Under the pieces are notes generated by a model, which had not been told where the DNA came from, searched no databases, and saw only the letters and a program-made list of their open reading frames with translations. A stretch of DNA of 31,266 bases from Verrucomicrobiota bacterium (GTDB lineage Bacteria > Verrucomicrobiota > Verrucomicrobiia > Limisphaerales > CANJXF01): assembly GCA_038214755.1 (NCBI GenBank), contig JBBQRQ010000059.1, forward strand, positions 1-31,266. Direction: 5' to 3'. Positions 1 through 7,856 of this stretch are shown here, one piece after another (the stretch's first letter is position 1; every line of letters begins with the position of its first letter). The position numbers and the translations under genes are program-made.

Positions 1-27
1 CGGTCAACTTCGGCTCAGTCGGCTGTT

Positions 28-1899
28 TCAGTCAGTCAGGTAAGGATGATATTCCGGAATGGCTTCCTTGAGTAGAAGCTTCAGTTCACTGGCCTCTGCG
101 GTTTGCAACTGGGCGGTGATTCGCTCAAAGTAACGCCGGACTTCCTTGAGCGGCAGCGGGTGACATTGAAACCTCATCACTTTGGAATGTTGAGTGGGAG
201 CGGTGCGTTCTCCATTATGGCTCAATTCTTCAAAAAGTTTCTCGCCAGGGCGCAATCCGCAAAACTCGATTTCGATGTCTTCCCCTGGAACCAGCCCGTT
301 CAATTCAATCAACTGTCGCGCCAGCTCCACAATCTTGACCGGTTTTCCCATATCAAGAACAAATATCTCTCCCCCCTCGGCCTGAGCGCCGCTTTGCAGC
401 ACCAGGCTCACCGCCTCCGGAATGGTCATGAAGTAACGGGTCACATCCGGATGAGTCACCTTCACCGGGCCTCCTGCCAGAATTTGTTTTTGAAAAATGG
501 GAATCACGCTGCCGGAAGATCCGAGCACATTTCCGAAGCGGACGGCAACGAACTTGGTCTGATTTGCAGCGGTCTCGTGGAGAGCCTGGATAAACATTTC
601 CGCCAACCGTTTCGTTGCGCCCATGACGTTCGTCGGATTGATTGCTTTATCTGTCGAGATCAGGACAAACCGCTCCGCCTTGAATTCCAGCGCCAATTCG
701 GCCAGTTGCGCGGTGGCCAACGAATTGTTCTTAATCGCTTCGCCCGGCTGGCTCTCCATCATGGGAACATGCTTATGCGCCGCTGCATGAAAAATGATTT
801 CCGGGGAAAATCGTTGAAAGATATGGCGCATTCTGGGCAAATCCAAAACGTCGCCGATCAATGGAAGAATCGTTCCCACCTGCCCCAATCCAATCAGTTC
901 CTGCTCGATTTGAAACAATTGAACCTCGGATTGCTCGACCAGGAGCAGCCGCGTTGGATTGAAAGTGGCAATCTGCCGGCACAATTCGCTGCCAATGCTT
1001 CCTCCGGCTCCAGTGACCATCACCACTTTTTCCTGAAGAACCTGGCGAATGTTTTCTGTCTCCAATGAAATGGGGTCGCGCCCCAAAAGGTCCTGAATTT
1101 CGACGGAGCGAAGCTGGCTGACCTTCACTTGGCCAGTGGCAAGCTGGTCCATGCTCGGTACAGTTTCGAATTTGAGGCGGGCTTGCTGTAGGATTTTGAC
1201 GACCTCTCCACTGCGTTTAGCGGGAGCTTCTGGCATCGCGATGATGACTTCTTCCAGGTTAAAAGCGAGTTTTCGTTCGAGCAACTTTTCGGGCGGGCCC
1301 AATACGGGTATGTTGTGGACGCGCGATCCCCATTTTAATTTGTCATCGTCGAAAAAGATGACAGGCTGAAGTCCCAAGCCTCGTTTCGTAGAAAGCTCCC
1401 GAGCAAGACTCGCCCCGACATCTCCTGCCCCCACAATTCCAACTCTCCGGACCCGCCGATGCTCTCGATTGTGAGGCGCCAAATAGCGCTCACGAAAAAG
1501 GCGAAAGCAAAGTCGGCCCGCTGCCAGGCCCACAAACGAAAGCACGAAGTCTGCAAGAATGACGCCTCTTGGGGGAGCCGCAGCGCCTCCCGTATAAAAC
1601 CAGACACAAACGGTAAGAGCAAACGCTATCCCAAGAGCGTACAATAGCCGGGTCAAATCGGGAATGCTGAAATAGCTAAGTAATCCTTCGAACTGCCGGA
1701 ATAAAAGCAGCAAAACCAGCTTGAGCGGCACAATCCAGATCAGCGCGGTTAGGAACTGATGCTGGTATGGTTCTTCGATGTTAAAGTCGAATCGGAAGCC
1801 GTAAGCGAGCCATAGACTCGCGGAAAGGGCGGTGCTGTAAAGCACCAGAAGAACCATCCTCCGAATCGCGGCGTATCGTAATAGATGTAGATTGATCAT
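28..1899 (-). CDS. pglF: Membrane-bound UDP-GlcNAc 4,6-dehydratase (PglF/WbpM/CapD family)
   Basis: 623 aa; N-terminal TM segments, GAGDVG CoA-binding-like domain, VTGAGGSIGSE, HAAAHKHVP, STDKA.NPTNVMGATK, VRFGNVLGSSGSV, GLRPGEKL. Symbol chosen from the pglE/D/C-like context. Confidence 0.93.
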   Translation of the reverse strand: MINLHLLRYAAIRRMVLLVLYSTALSASLWLAYGFRFDFNIEEPYQHQFLTALIWIVPLKLVLLLLFRQFEGLLSYFSIPDLTRLLYALGIAFALTVCVWFYTGGAAAPPRGVILADFVLSFVGLAAGRLCFRLFRERYLAPHNREHRRVRRVGIVGAGDVGASLARELSTKRGLGLQPVIFFDDDKLKWGSRVHNIPVLGPPEKLLERKLAFNLEEVIIAMPEAPAKRSGEVVKILQQARLKFETVPSMDQLATGQVKVSQLRSVEIQDLLGRDPISLETENIRQVLQEKVVMVTGAGGSIGSELCRQIATFNPTRLLLVEQSEVQLFQIEQELIGLGQVGTILPLIGDVLDLPRMRHIFQRFSPEIIFHAAAHKHVPMMESQPGEAIKNNSLATAQLAELALEFKAERFVLISTDKAINPTNVMGATKRLAEMFIQALHETAANQTKFVAVRFGNVLGSSGSVIPIFQKQILAGGPVKVTHPDVTRYFMTIPEAVSLVLQSGAQAEGGEIFVLDMGKPVKIVELARQLIELNGLVPGEDIEIEFCGLRPGEKLFEELSHNGERTAPTQHSKVMRFQCHPLPLKEVRRYFERITAQLQTAEASELKLLLKEAIPEYHPYLTD

Positions 1900-2036
1900 G
1901 CCTGATGATGTTCGCTCGCGCCGGGGAAGCTGACTTGAAAGTTGCCTGACACTACGGCGGTTTCGGCAACGATTCCGCCATGACCGCCGATTCCAATTAT
2001 GGGTAATGATTTCACTTCCGCATTATCCTTTGTCAT
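1896..2036 (-). pseudogene. Probable N-terminal remnant of a PglD/NeuD-like acetyltransferase
   Basis: Reads MTKDNAEVKSLPIIGIGGHGGIVAETAVVSG, resembling SLIIFGAGGHGKVILETARVAG of the intact 7857-8480 protein; stops after 46 aa with an ATGA overlap on pglF. Confidence 0.6.
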
Positions 2037-2074
2037 CGGTTCAATACTATCAAACGCTTCAGAACACTGTATTA

Positions 2075-2187
2075 ATTCCAAGTCGCTTTCAAGATACGAC
2101 AAATCCCGGTCGCGACCGGAGCGCCGACATTTTTGTCGGCTGGACAGGCGGGGGAACATTCGGGCGGACAGGAATGTCCGCGCTCCG
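2075..2187. repeat. Dispersed ~110-bp element with inverted GGAG-type REP pair (copy 1)
   Basis: CGGAGCGCCGACATTTTTGTCGGC (2117-2140) faces GCGGACAGGAATGTCCGCGCTCCG (2164-2187); the ~40-bp leader also recurs, slightly diverged, at 10951-11059. Confidence 0.85.
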
Positions 2188-2191
2188 GTGG

Positions 2192-2551
2192 TTAGTCAGA
2201 TTTCTTAACATGGTCGAACACCGGCAGACCAATATCTCTTACCATCCAAGGCGGCACTTCCTCTGGAATCTGACCCGATCCTCCAAGTCTCTGTCGGAAC
2301 CGCCGCAGCATGGAAGGCAGACGATAAAGGCGCGAGCGGGCCTGGTAGCGTGCCAGGCGGCCCAAGGCGCGTCCGGAAACCGCCGGTGCTTCCGGCAGTC
2401 GCTGATGAAGCGTCAACGCCCAATCCACCACCTGCCGCAGATTGGCCACATCACATACTTCGCCGCTTTCCCATTCATTCCATGCGTGATTAAGCCTGGC
2501 GGGATGGAATGCCAGTTCGTAGGCCGTTTGGAGCTGTTGTCGGGCAGTCAT
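2192..2551 (-). CDS. Hypothetical protein (119 aa)
   Basis: ATG start, co-directional with the cluster, protein-like helical composition, bounded by repeat elements; no family recognised. Confidence 0.55.
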   Translation of the reverse strand: MTARQQLQTAYELAFHPARLNHAWNEWESGEVCDVANLRQVVDWALTLHQRLPEAPAVSGRALGRLARYQARSRLYRLPSMLRRFRQRLGGSGQIPEEVPPWMVRDIGLPVFDHVKKSD

Positions 2552-2705
2552 AAAGAGAGGTCAGCCATAGAAGTCGAAGGAAGAAGGAAACCACAGATGG
2601 ACACAGATAGACACAGATGCGAATGCGGTTAGAGGTGTGGCCCGACTCTCACCGAATGGTGAACTCAATCGGGTCCGGCTTCTGGACTTTTTAACTGTGT
2701 TCATC

Positions 2706-2886
2706 CGTACTACTATCTGTGAAAGTTTTGTTTTACTCCGTAAATGGTCGGATGGGGATGCAGCGTTGGAAAGTAGGGCAGTGCGTCTCGCCTGCCTGGG
2801 CAAGGGGGAAACTCTCAAACCTGATTTCCCCTTTACCGGGACAGGCGAGACGCACTGTCCTACTTTGGCTGCGGCTCGGCCGCGCT
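2706..2886. mobile_element. Putative non-autonomous 180-bp element without terminal inverted repeats
   Basis: Removing it rejoins the right repeat arm to a 28-29/31 match with the left arm; subterminal hairpin GCGGCTCGGCCGC; carries a REP pair. Boundaries ambiguous by 1-3 nt. Confidence 0.6.
2770..2866. repeat. GTAG-family REP doublet (REPIN-like)
   Basis: AAAGTAGGGCAGTGCGTCTCGCCTG and CAGGCGAGACGCACTGTCCTACTTT are inverted with 1 mismatch in 25. Confidence 0.85.
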
Positions 2887-2924
2887 GTGTCCATCTGTGG
2901 TTTCCCTTTTTCTCAACTGCATGG

Positions 2925-2950
2925 TCGCGAAGAGTGACAGCATTCATATT
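2925..2950. repeat. 26-bp direct repeat, copy 1 (start of a lost gene, MNAVTLR)
   Basis: TCGCGAAGAGTGACAGCATTCATATT is identical to 4216-4241. Confidence 0.9.
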
Positions 2951-3105
2951 TAAGAATTATTTGCCGTACGAGAAGTCTCCGAGCCGAAAAATTCTGGCAT
3001 TGTAGCATCGCCGGGCGCACTGATTCCATGGCGAAGAAGGAATTTTTTAAAAGTTAAAAACAGAATTTTAAGATCAAGCCGGAAGTTGTGATGATCGACA
3101 TACCA
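2950..3105 (-). pseudogene. 3' fragment of a second PglC-like sugar-phosphate transferase
   Basis: Colinear with 5938-6093; 39/51 aa identical (WYVDHHNF...GISAPGDATMPEFFGS) with the same stop position. Confidence 0.92.
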
Positions 3106-3127
3106 TGGAATCCAACACCACTGAAAC

Positions 3128-3151
3128 GTAGGACAGGCGTCCCGCCCTGTC
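3128..3151. repeat. Single GTAG-family REP
   Basis: GTAGGACAGGCGTCCCGCCCTGTC: GTAG followed by an imperfect GC-rich hairpin. Confidence 0.6.
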
Positions 3152-3230
3152 TCCATCCTCAAAAACTTCCTTCACCGTTCAGTGCGAATGCAATCGACAC
3201 CATTTTTCAACAACACCAAGGGTTTTGAAA

Positions 3231-3590
3231 TTAGAGCCAGCCGCTTCGGCACGTCCAATCTTCCTTCCCGTATTTTTCCACCACGGCCACCAGCCGGCGG
3301 ATCAGCCCTTTCACGTCGGTCTGTTTCAACCGCTTGCTGTCAGCGAAAATCACCCCGGCATGCGTCAGGCCGTCATGCAGCCGGGCGTTGAGGTGGCCCG
3401 GGATTGAGTTCACGTCCCGCGTCACCAGCGTGCGACGCTCCGCGTCCAGAACTTCCAAAAGGGTAGGATCCGGCAACCCGGCCAGATGGGTTTCGTAGAT
3501 GCTGACCACGTCGAGCGAGGGAAACTTGCGCCTGAGCGCTGCGGCAACCTGGTCGTCAATGTGCTCATCCAGCAGGAGCTTCAATTTCAC
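3231..3590 (-). CDS. DUF5615 family PIN-like toxin (VapC45-like)
   Basis: 119 aa; KLLLDEH, GLPD..LL, RTLVTRD, HAGVI motifs; 4-bp overlap with the upstream gene. Confidence 0.85.
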   Translation of the reverse strand: MKLKLLLDEHIDDQVAAALRRKFPSLDVVSIYETHLAGLPDPTLLEVLDAERRTLVTRDVNSIPGHLNARLHDGLTHAGVIFADSKRLKQTDVKGLIRRLVAVVEKYGKEDWTCRSGWL

Positions 3591-4009
3591 AGTTGCTCAA
3601 GGGTCGGGCAAACGCGCTGCAACTCCTGAAAGTCACGGTGGGCGTGTAGCTCAAGGCTGGTGCGAATTTCATCCGGGTAGGCGGCCGCGTAGGCGAGCGC
3701 CATTCGGATCAGCGGCTCTGGGCGGTGAATCCGCCGGGCCGCGGCCCGGGTGTCATCCTCCAACTCGTCCACCAACTGCCGAATCATCCACACTGGCCAA
3801 CGGGACCCGGCCAGGTAGGCAATTCGGCCCGGCGTGCCGTCCCGAAACTCGATGGCTGGGAAACGGTCACGGCGGACGCCTTCGCGAACATACGCCGCCG
3901 CCAGCGGGTTGACGGCTTCCCCCAAAAGCGCCGCCGTCTGTTCAAGTTCCCGCCGCTCAGGTTTGGTCATCCGCAGCGAAATGCGCGCCGCTCTTGTCAT
4001 GGTTGCCAT
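3587..4009 (-). CDS. DUF433-containing antitoxin (VapB45-like)
   Basis: 140 aa; N-terminal RHH-like ISLRM, then FPAIEFRDG..GR.AYLAGSRWPVWMI and ALAYAAAYPDEI, typical of DUF433 partners of DUF5615. Confidence 0.8.
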   Translation of the reverse strand: MATMTRAARISLRMTKPERRELEQTAALLGEAVNPLAAAYVREGVRRDRFPAIEFRDGTPGRIAYLAGSRWPVWMIRQLVDELEDDTRAAARRIHRPEPLIRMALAYAAAYPDEIRTSLELHAHRDFQELQRVCPTLEQL

Positions 4010-4070
4010 ACAACGTGAACCATCGCATCCCCGCTTCCATTGCGCAAGCGTAGTTCGTCAGACCCCTCCC

Positions 4071-4185
4071 TTTATCCAACCAAGCCACGATAACAGAAGT
4101 ATCCACCAAGATCATGGCCGCGTCCGTTTCCGAAGCTCAACCCCGGATACTTCAACTTCTTATCCGTGTCCAACCCGCTTCCTTC
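4071..4185 (-). pseudogene. VapBC remnant: antitoxin tail plus first ~15 codons of a VapC PIN toxin
   Basis: ATG at 4115 reads MILVDTSVIVAWLDK (classic VapC start), preceded by ...ELRKRTRP* with an ATGA overlap; similarity is lost after ~4071. Confidence 0.7.
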
Positions 4186-4215
4186 GTTACCTTAGTTAGC
4201 TTCTAACACAAATGT

Positions 4216-4241
4216 TCGCGAAGAGTGACAGCATTCATATT
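4216..4241. repeat. 26-bp direct repeat, copy 2
   Basis: Identical to 2925-2950; ends at the left end of the 4241-4452 element. Confidence 0.9.
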
Positions 4242-4452
4242 AACCCGAACTCCGAAGTTGAAATGGGAGCGCGCGCGTCCTCTCGTGCCGGTTCGGGCGT
4301 CGCGCCCGAACCTTTGTTCAACTAACTTTCGTGTTGAGCGGAAAAAAATGTGGAACGAAGTTTTCGGCGCGACGCCGAAAACCACACGCCGGAGGCGTGC
4401 GCTCCCCAACTTCATCCTGATGACGGTGTTGCAACTTCGGAGTTCGGGATTA
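4241..4452. mobile_element. TA-dinucleotide-flanked MITE carrying a GGAG-type REP pair
   Basis: Perfect 17-bp terminal IR CCCGAACTCCGAAGTTG (4244-4260) / CAACTTCGGAGTTCGGG (4432-4448), TA at both outer ends; internal inverted REPs at 4265-4312 and 4360-4406. Confidence 0.8.
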
Positions 4453-4500
4453 AGGCAGAACGTGAAGACCAAAACAGTGGATCAATCGTTCTTCAAACGT

Positions 4501-4602
4501 TGTAAAGTTTGGCCCCACTCTCGATAGCCAATTGGAATCAAAGGACTCCTGAACATATTTGATTTCTGTTCCCCCCATGTGAGGGACGGAAAGGAGAATA
4601 CG
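4501..4602 (-). pseudogene. 5' fragment of a second PglE-like DegT aminotransferase
   Basis: RILLSVPHMGGTEIKYVQESFDSNWLSRVGPNFT is 30/34 identical to the start of 6568-7752 (colinear with 7627-7728). Confidence 0.92.
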
Positions 4603-4658
4603 TTGGGAAACTCTACATTTGGACTGTTCCATAGAAAATATCTCTCGCGCCGAAGGTT

Positions 4659-4794
4659 TTAAGAGGCCGTTTGAATTGAAAACTGTAGGAGCCGACGTGA
4701 GGAGGCTTATTCTTCTCGTCCATAGAAACTTTTGAAGAAATCAGAGCCTCGTTACCTCGGCTCCTACAATGAAATGTTTTCAAACAGGCTCTAA
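4659..4794. repeat. GTAG REP doublet inside a MITE-like shell
   Basis: TGTAGGAGCCGACGTGAGGAGGCT (4684-4707) faces AGCCTCGTTACCTCGGCTCCTACA (4745-4768); imperfect outer IR TTAAGAGGCCGTTTGAA / TTCAAACAGGCTCTAA. Confidence 0.8.
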
Positions 4795-4824
4795 CAGAAA
4801 TTGGAAAGTATGAAACAATTAAAA

Positions 4825-5193
4825 TCACATTTCAGCGGCCAGAAGCTTCTTCATTGCTGGGGGCAGTTGTGGAGAAGACATTGCCGCGATCACTATCTTA
4901 CTCAGAACCGTTTTGCCGATGGGTTCAATAATAGAAAACTCTCCTCTTTTGATCAATTCTTCCAATGCAGTTACTTCGCCAGATTGGTGCCTGGAGAAAG
5001 CCACAGTCGTTTTATGGGTAAGCAGGGAATAGTCCGACTGATCGAGAATGCAAAGATCATCAACCGACGTCTCGCGCAACGTCGTAAAATTCACCATCAG
5101 GATTCTGCCGAGGGTTCGGGCGGGGTCGCATAACACCACCCAGATATGGCGCGGAGGCAGGTTGCAACGCAGAGTTGTCCCCAGTCGAATCAT
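4825..5193 (-). CDS. Hypothetical protein, putative Panacea-associated toxin (possibly PemK/MazF-like fold)
   Basis: 122 aa, ATGA-coupled downstream of the Panacea gene; HIWVVL.DP...LMVNFTT...D..C.L pattern. The fold assignment is an inference. Confidence 0.7.
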   Translation of the reverse strand: MIRLGTTLRCNLPPRHIWVVLCDPARTLGRILMVNFTTLRETSVDDLCILDQSDYSLLTHKTTVAFSRHQSGEVTALEELIKRGEFSIIEPIGKTVLSKIVIAAMSSPQLPPAMKKLLAAEM

Positions 5194-5747
5194 CCTGCCG
5201 CGAATGCCTTGCTCAACAGATTCAACTCCTCAGCCTCTTCTTTCATTTGCTCAATTTCATTCCGCCCTTTGCCGAGAGCTTCCCCGATCCGCTCCACCTC
5301 AATCCGATCTCTTCCCGCGTTGAGCGGGGTCCATTCTGCACAACGTTCGTGGCACCAGTCGCGCAACTCCCATTGATCCTTTGATCCGAATTGTTGATAG
5401 ATCTGATCGATCAACTCGAGTTCCGCCTCAGACAAATGTTCGCACTCCGGGACCTTTCGCAACGCGATTTCGTGATCCCTGCGGTCGCTAATGAACTCCT
5501 CCCAGCGGCAATGCTCTCCCCAAAGACAACCGGAATTGATCAGGTCGAGCAACTCGCTTGTAACCGGTCCGTTCGGCATGGAGAAATAAACGCCTCCGAC
5601 GACTGGGATACCACGCTTGCTCAACGAGAGCCGATCCAGCAGATACACCAATTTTGCCAGCTTCATGATGTTCATCCGGCCTTCTTCCCGTTGCAGGAAT
5701 TGGCAGGCAACCTCAGTTCCTTTGGTGATATTGAAGCGGAAATTCAT
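5190..5747 (-). CDS. Panacea domain (DUF4065/SocA-like) antitoxin
   Basis: 185 aa; MKLAKLVYLLDR, G..YFSMPNGPV.SELLDLI, LS.AELELIDQI..QFG, L.DW.H...EW motifs. Confidence 0.88.
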   Translation of the reverse strand: MNFRFNITKGTEVACQFLQREEGRMNIMKLAKLVYLLDRLSLSKRGIPVVGGVYFSMPNGPVTSELLDLINSGCLWGEHCRWEEFISDRRDHEIALRKVPECEHLSEAELELIDQIYQQFGSKDQWELRDWCHERCAEWTPLNAGRDRIEVERIGEALGKGRNEIEQMKEEAEELNLLSKAFAAG

Positions 5748-5753
5748 GAAAAC

Positions 5754-5781
5754 ATCTTAGCTGATGTCGGCGCAGCGTCAA
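5754..5781 (-). promoter_or_regulatory. Putative sigma70 promoter for the Panacea operon (leaderless)
   Basis: TTGACG-N16-TAAGAT, then 6 nt to the ATG; no Shine-Dalgarno. Confidence 0.55.
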
Positions 5782-5937
5782 TGCGGCCAATAAATTCATG
5801 TGCAGCACGCATCTTACTGATCTCGGTTCCTAAATCCAAGAAGCCAGGGTCATTCTCACTTTGCCCGGTTTGGCCGGAACTCGTTAAGCGATAGCCTTTC
5901 ATTACTGACTACGAAAACCACAAGTGGTGAAACAACC

Positions 5938-6552
5938 TTAAGAATCATTTGTCTTACGAGAATTATCGGAACCGAAAAATTCCGGCATTGTAGCATCACC
6001 AGGCGCACTAATTCCATCGCGAAAAAAGACCTTTTTGACAGTTAAAAAGAGAATTTTAACATCAAGCCAGAAGTTGTGATGATCGACGTACCATACGTCC
6101 AACTTAAACTTTTCGTCCCAGGAAATTGCGTTCCTCCCATTCACTTGGGCCCATCCCGTGATGCCCGGAACAACTTCATGGCGTCTCAGTTGCTCCGAAT
6201 TATACCGGGTCAAGTAATGCATCAGTAAAGGCCGAGGTCCAACCAAACTCATTTCACCTCGCAGAACATTAAACAACTCGGGCAATTCATCCAGGGAACT
6301 TCCACGAAGAAACCTTCCGAAAGGGGTTAAGCGTTGACTATCAGCCAAAGGTTTACCCTCTGAATCTCGCGCATCTGTCATCGTTCTAAATTTCCACATC
6401 CAAAACGGCTTGCCGTGCAAACCTGGTCTCTCTTGTTTAAAAAAAACAGGCCGCCCTATTAACAACCAAACAAGGAGGCAGATAAAAAAGAACAAAGGCA
6501 CAAGAAAAGGAGCAGTCGCTAACACAATCAAAAAATCAAAACTTCTTTTCAC
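5938..6552 (-). CDS. pglC: Initiating sugar-phosphate transferase (PglC-like, Bac_transf)
   Basis: 204 aa; KRSFD, F.QERPG, KFRTM, LDELPELFNVLRGEMSLVGPRP, PGITGWAQVNGRN. Confidence 0.92.
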   Translation of the reverse strand: MKRSFDFLIVLATAPFLVPLFFFICLLVWLLIGRPVFFKQERPGLHGKPFWMWKFRTMTDARDSEGKPLADSQRLTPFGRFLRGSSLDELPELFNVLRGEMSLVGPRPLLMHYLTRYNSEQLRRHEVVPGITGWAQVNGRNAISWDEKFKLDVWYVDHHNFWLDVKILFLTVKKVFFRDGISAPGDATMPEFFGSDNSRKTNDS

Positions 6553-6567
6553 TGCGATGAAATCGTC

Positions 6568-7752
6568 TTAGGAAGTCAGTTTCCCAAATGCCACTTGCTT
6601 CTGTTTGAGGCCCACTGCATGCGCCTCTCTAACTCGTTCGATCACGAATTGCTGATCTTCCAGGGACAAGCTGCTCGAGCTCGGCAGACATATTCCGCGC
6701 TGGTTTAAATCTTCCGCCACCGAGCCGCCTACGCATTCGTAGCCCTGATAAAGTCTCTGCGTGTGCATCGGTTTCCACACCGGACGCGACTCGACATTGG
6801 CCGCGTCCAGAAAGCGTATCAGTTCTGCTTGCGACAACCCGAATTGCCTTTCATCGACAAGGAAACAACTGAGCCAATTGGTATGCAGTCCGTAGGCAGC
6901 CTGTGGCATCAATTCGATGCCCGAGAGATCATTAAAAGCCGCCTGGTAACGAAAAGCGATCGCCCTTCGTTGCGCGACCCGCTGGGAGAGAACTAAAAGT
7001 TGACCGCGCGCAATTCCCGCGAGAACATTGCTAAGTCGGTAATTGTATCCCAGTTCCGAGTGCAAATAGTTTAGACCTGGATCACGAGCTTGAGTGCTCC
7101 AGTACCGGGCTTTGTCCACCCACTCCGTTCTTGGTGAAACCAGCATCCCGCCGCTGGTACTCGTGATGATTTTATTTCCATTGAAAGAATAAACTCCCAC
7201 ATCTCCCAGTGTTCCCAGAATTTTCCCTTTGTAGGTAGCTCCAAGTGCTTCGGCGGCATCTTCCAGTAAAGGGATTTCGTAACGGCGACACGCTTCCAGA
7301 ATCGGATCCAAATCAGCCGATTGACCGAAGAGATGCACGACTGTAACCGCTTTAGGTAATCTATTTATAGCCGCCCGTTTCTTCAAAAAATCAGAGAGCA
7401 ATTGCGGGTCAAGATTCCAACTCGCGGGATCACTATCCATGAATACGGGAACGGCATGTTCGTAACGGATCGGATTACAACTGGCCGCGAACGTCAGGGT
7501 TGGCGTGACTACCTCATCACCGGAAGATACTCCAAGCAGCTTGAGGCCGAGGTGAATACCGGCCGTTCCACTTGCGAGCGCTACCGAAGGCAAGCCAATA
7601 AGTTGAGAGAAGTCTCTCTCCAAAGCTGTTAGATTCGGACCAACGGTAGAAAGCCAGTTGGAGTCAAATGCTTCCTGGACATACTTAATTTCTGCCCCTC
7701 CCATGTGCGGGACGGACAGGAGAATCCGTTTGAGCACTTTAGTTAGAGACAT
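6568..7752 (-). CDS. pglE: DegT/DnrJ sugar 4-aminotransferase (PglE/EpsN-like)
   Basis: 394 aa; LSVPHMGG, SGTAGIHL, EDAAEALG, SFNGNKIITST.GG, GYNYRLSNVLAGI, ESRPVWKPMH, CLPS. Confidence 0.92.
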   Translation of the reverse strand: MSLTKVLKRILLSVPHMGGAEIKYVQEAFDSNWLSTVGPNLTALERDFSQLIGLPSVALASGTAGIHLGLKLLGVSSGDEVVTPTLTFAASCNPIRYEHAVPVFMDSDPASWNLDPQLLSDFLKKRAAINRLPKAVTVVHLFGQSADLDPILEACRRYEIPLLEDAAEALGATYKGKILGTLGDVGVYSFNGNKIITSTSGGMLVSPRTEWVDKARYWSTQARDPGLNYLHSELGYNYRLSNVLAGIARGQLLVLSQRVAQRRAIAFRYQAAFNDLSGIELMPQAAYGLHTNWLSCFLVDERQFGLSQAELIRFLDAANVESRPVWKPMHTQRLYQGYECVGGSVAEDLNQRGICLPSSSSLSLEDQQFVIERVREAHAVGLKQKQVAFGKLTS

Positions 7753-7856
7753 GCGAGGAGAATGGAAAGCGTGATGTCTTCGGGTTCAGAAAGTAGAGGA
7801 GAAAAGATTAGAGGTAAGCATTTCGGCATCGCGGCTAGTTATTCAATAACCGGGGT

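Larger units (their letters stand above)
2586..2905. repeat. Inverted pair of 10-bp-period ACACAGATGG-type repeats, right arm interrupted by a 180-bp insert
   Basis: GGAAACCACAGATGGACACAG (2586-2606) is the exact reverse complement of 2885-2905; the rest of the right arm (CTGTGTTCATC) lies at 2695-2705. Confidence 0.85.

Noticed and set aside
2561..2947. 128-aa minus-strand ORF (likewise 4203-4472 and 13163-13348)
   Set aside because: These are translations of REP/MITE sequence rather than genes.
5744..5902. 52-aa ORF ending in an ATGA overlap with the Panacea gene
   Set aside because: No recognisable motif, and it runs through the predicted promoter; probably incidental.
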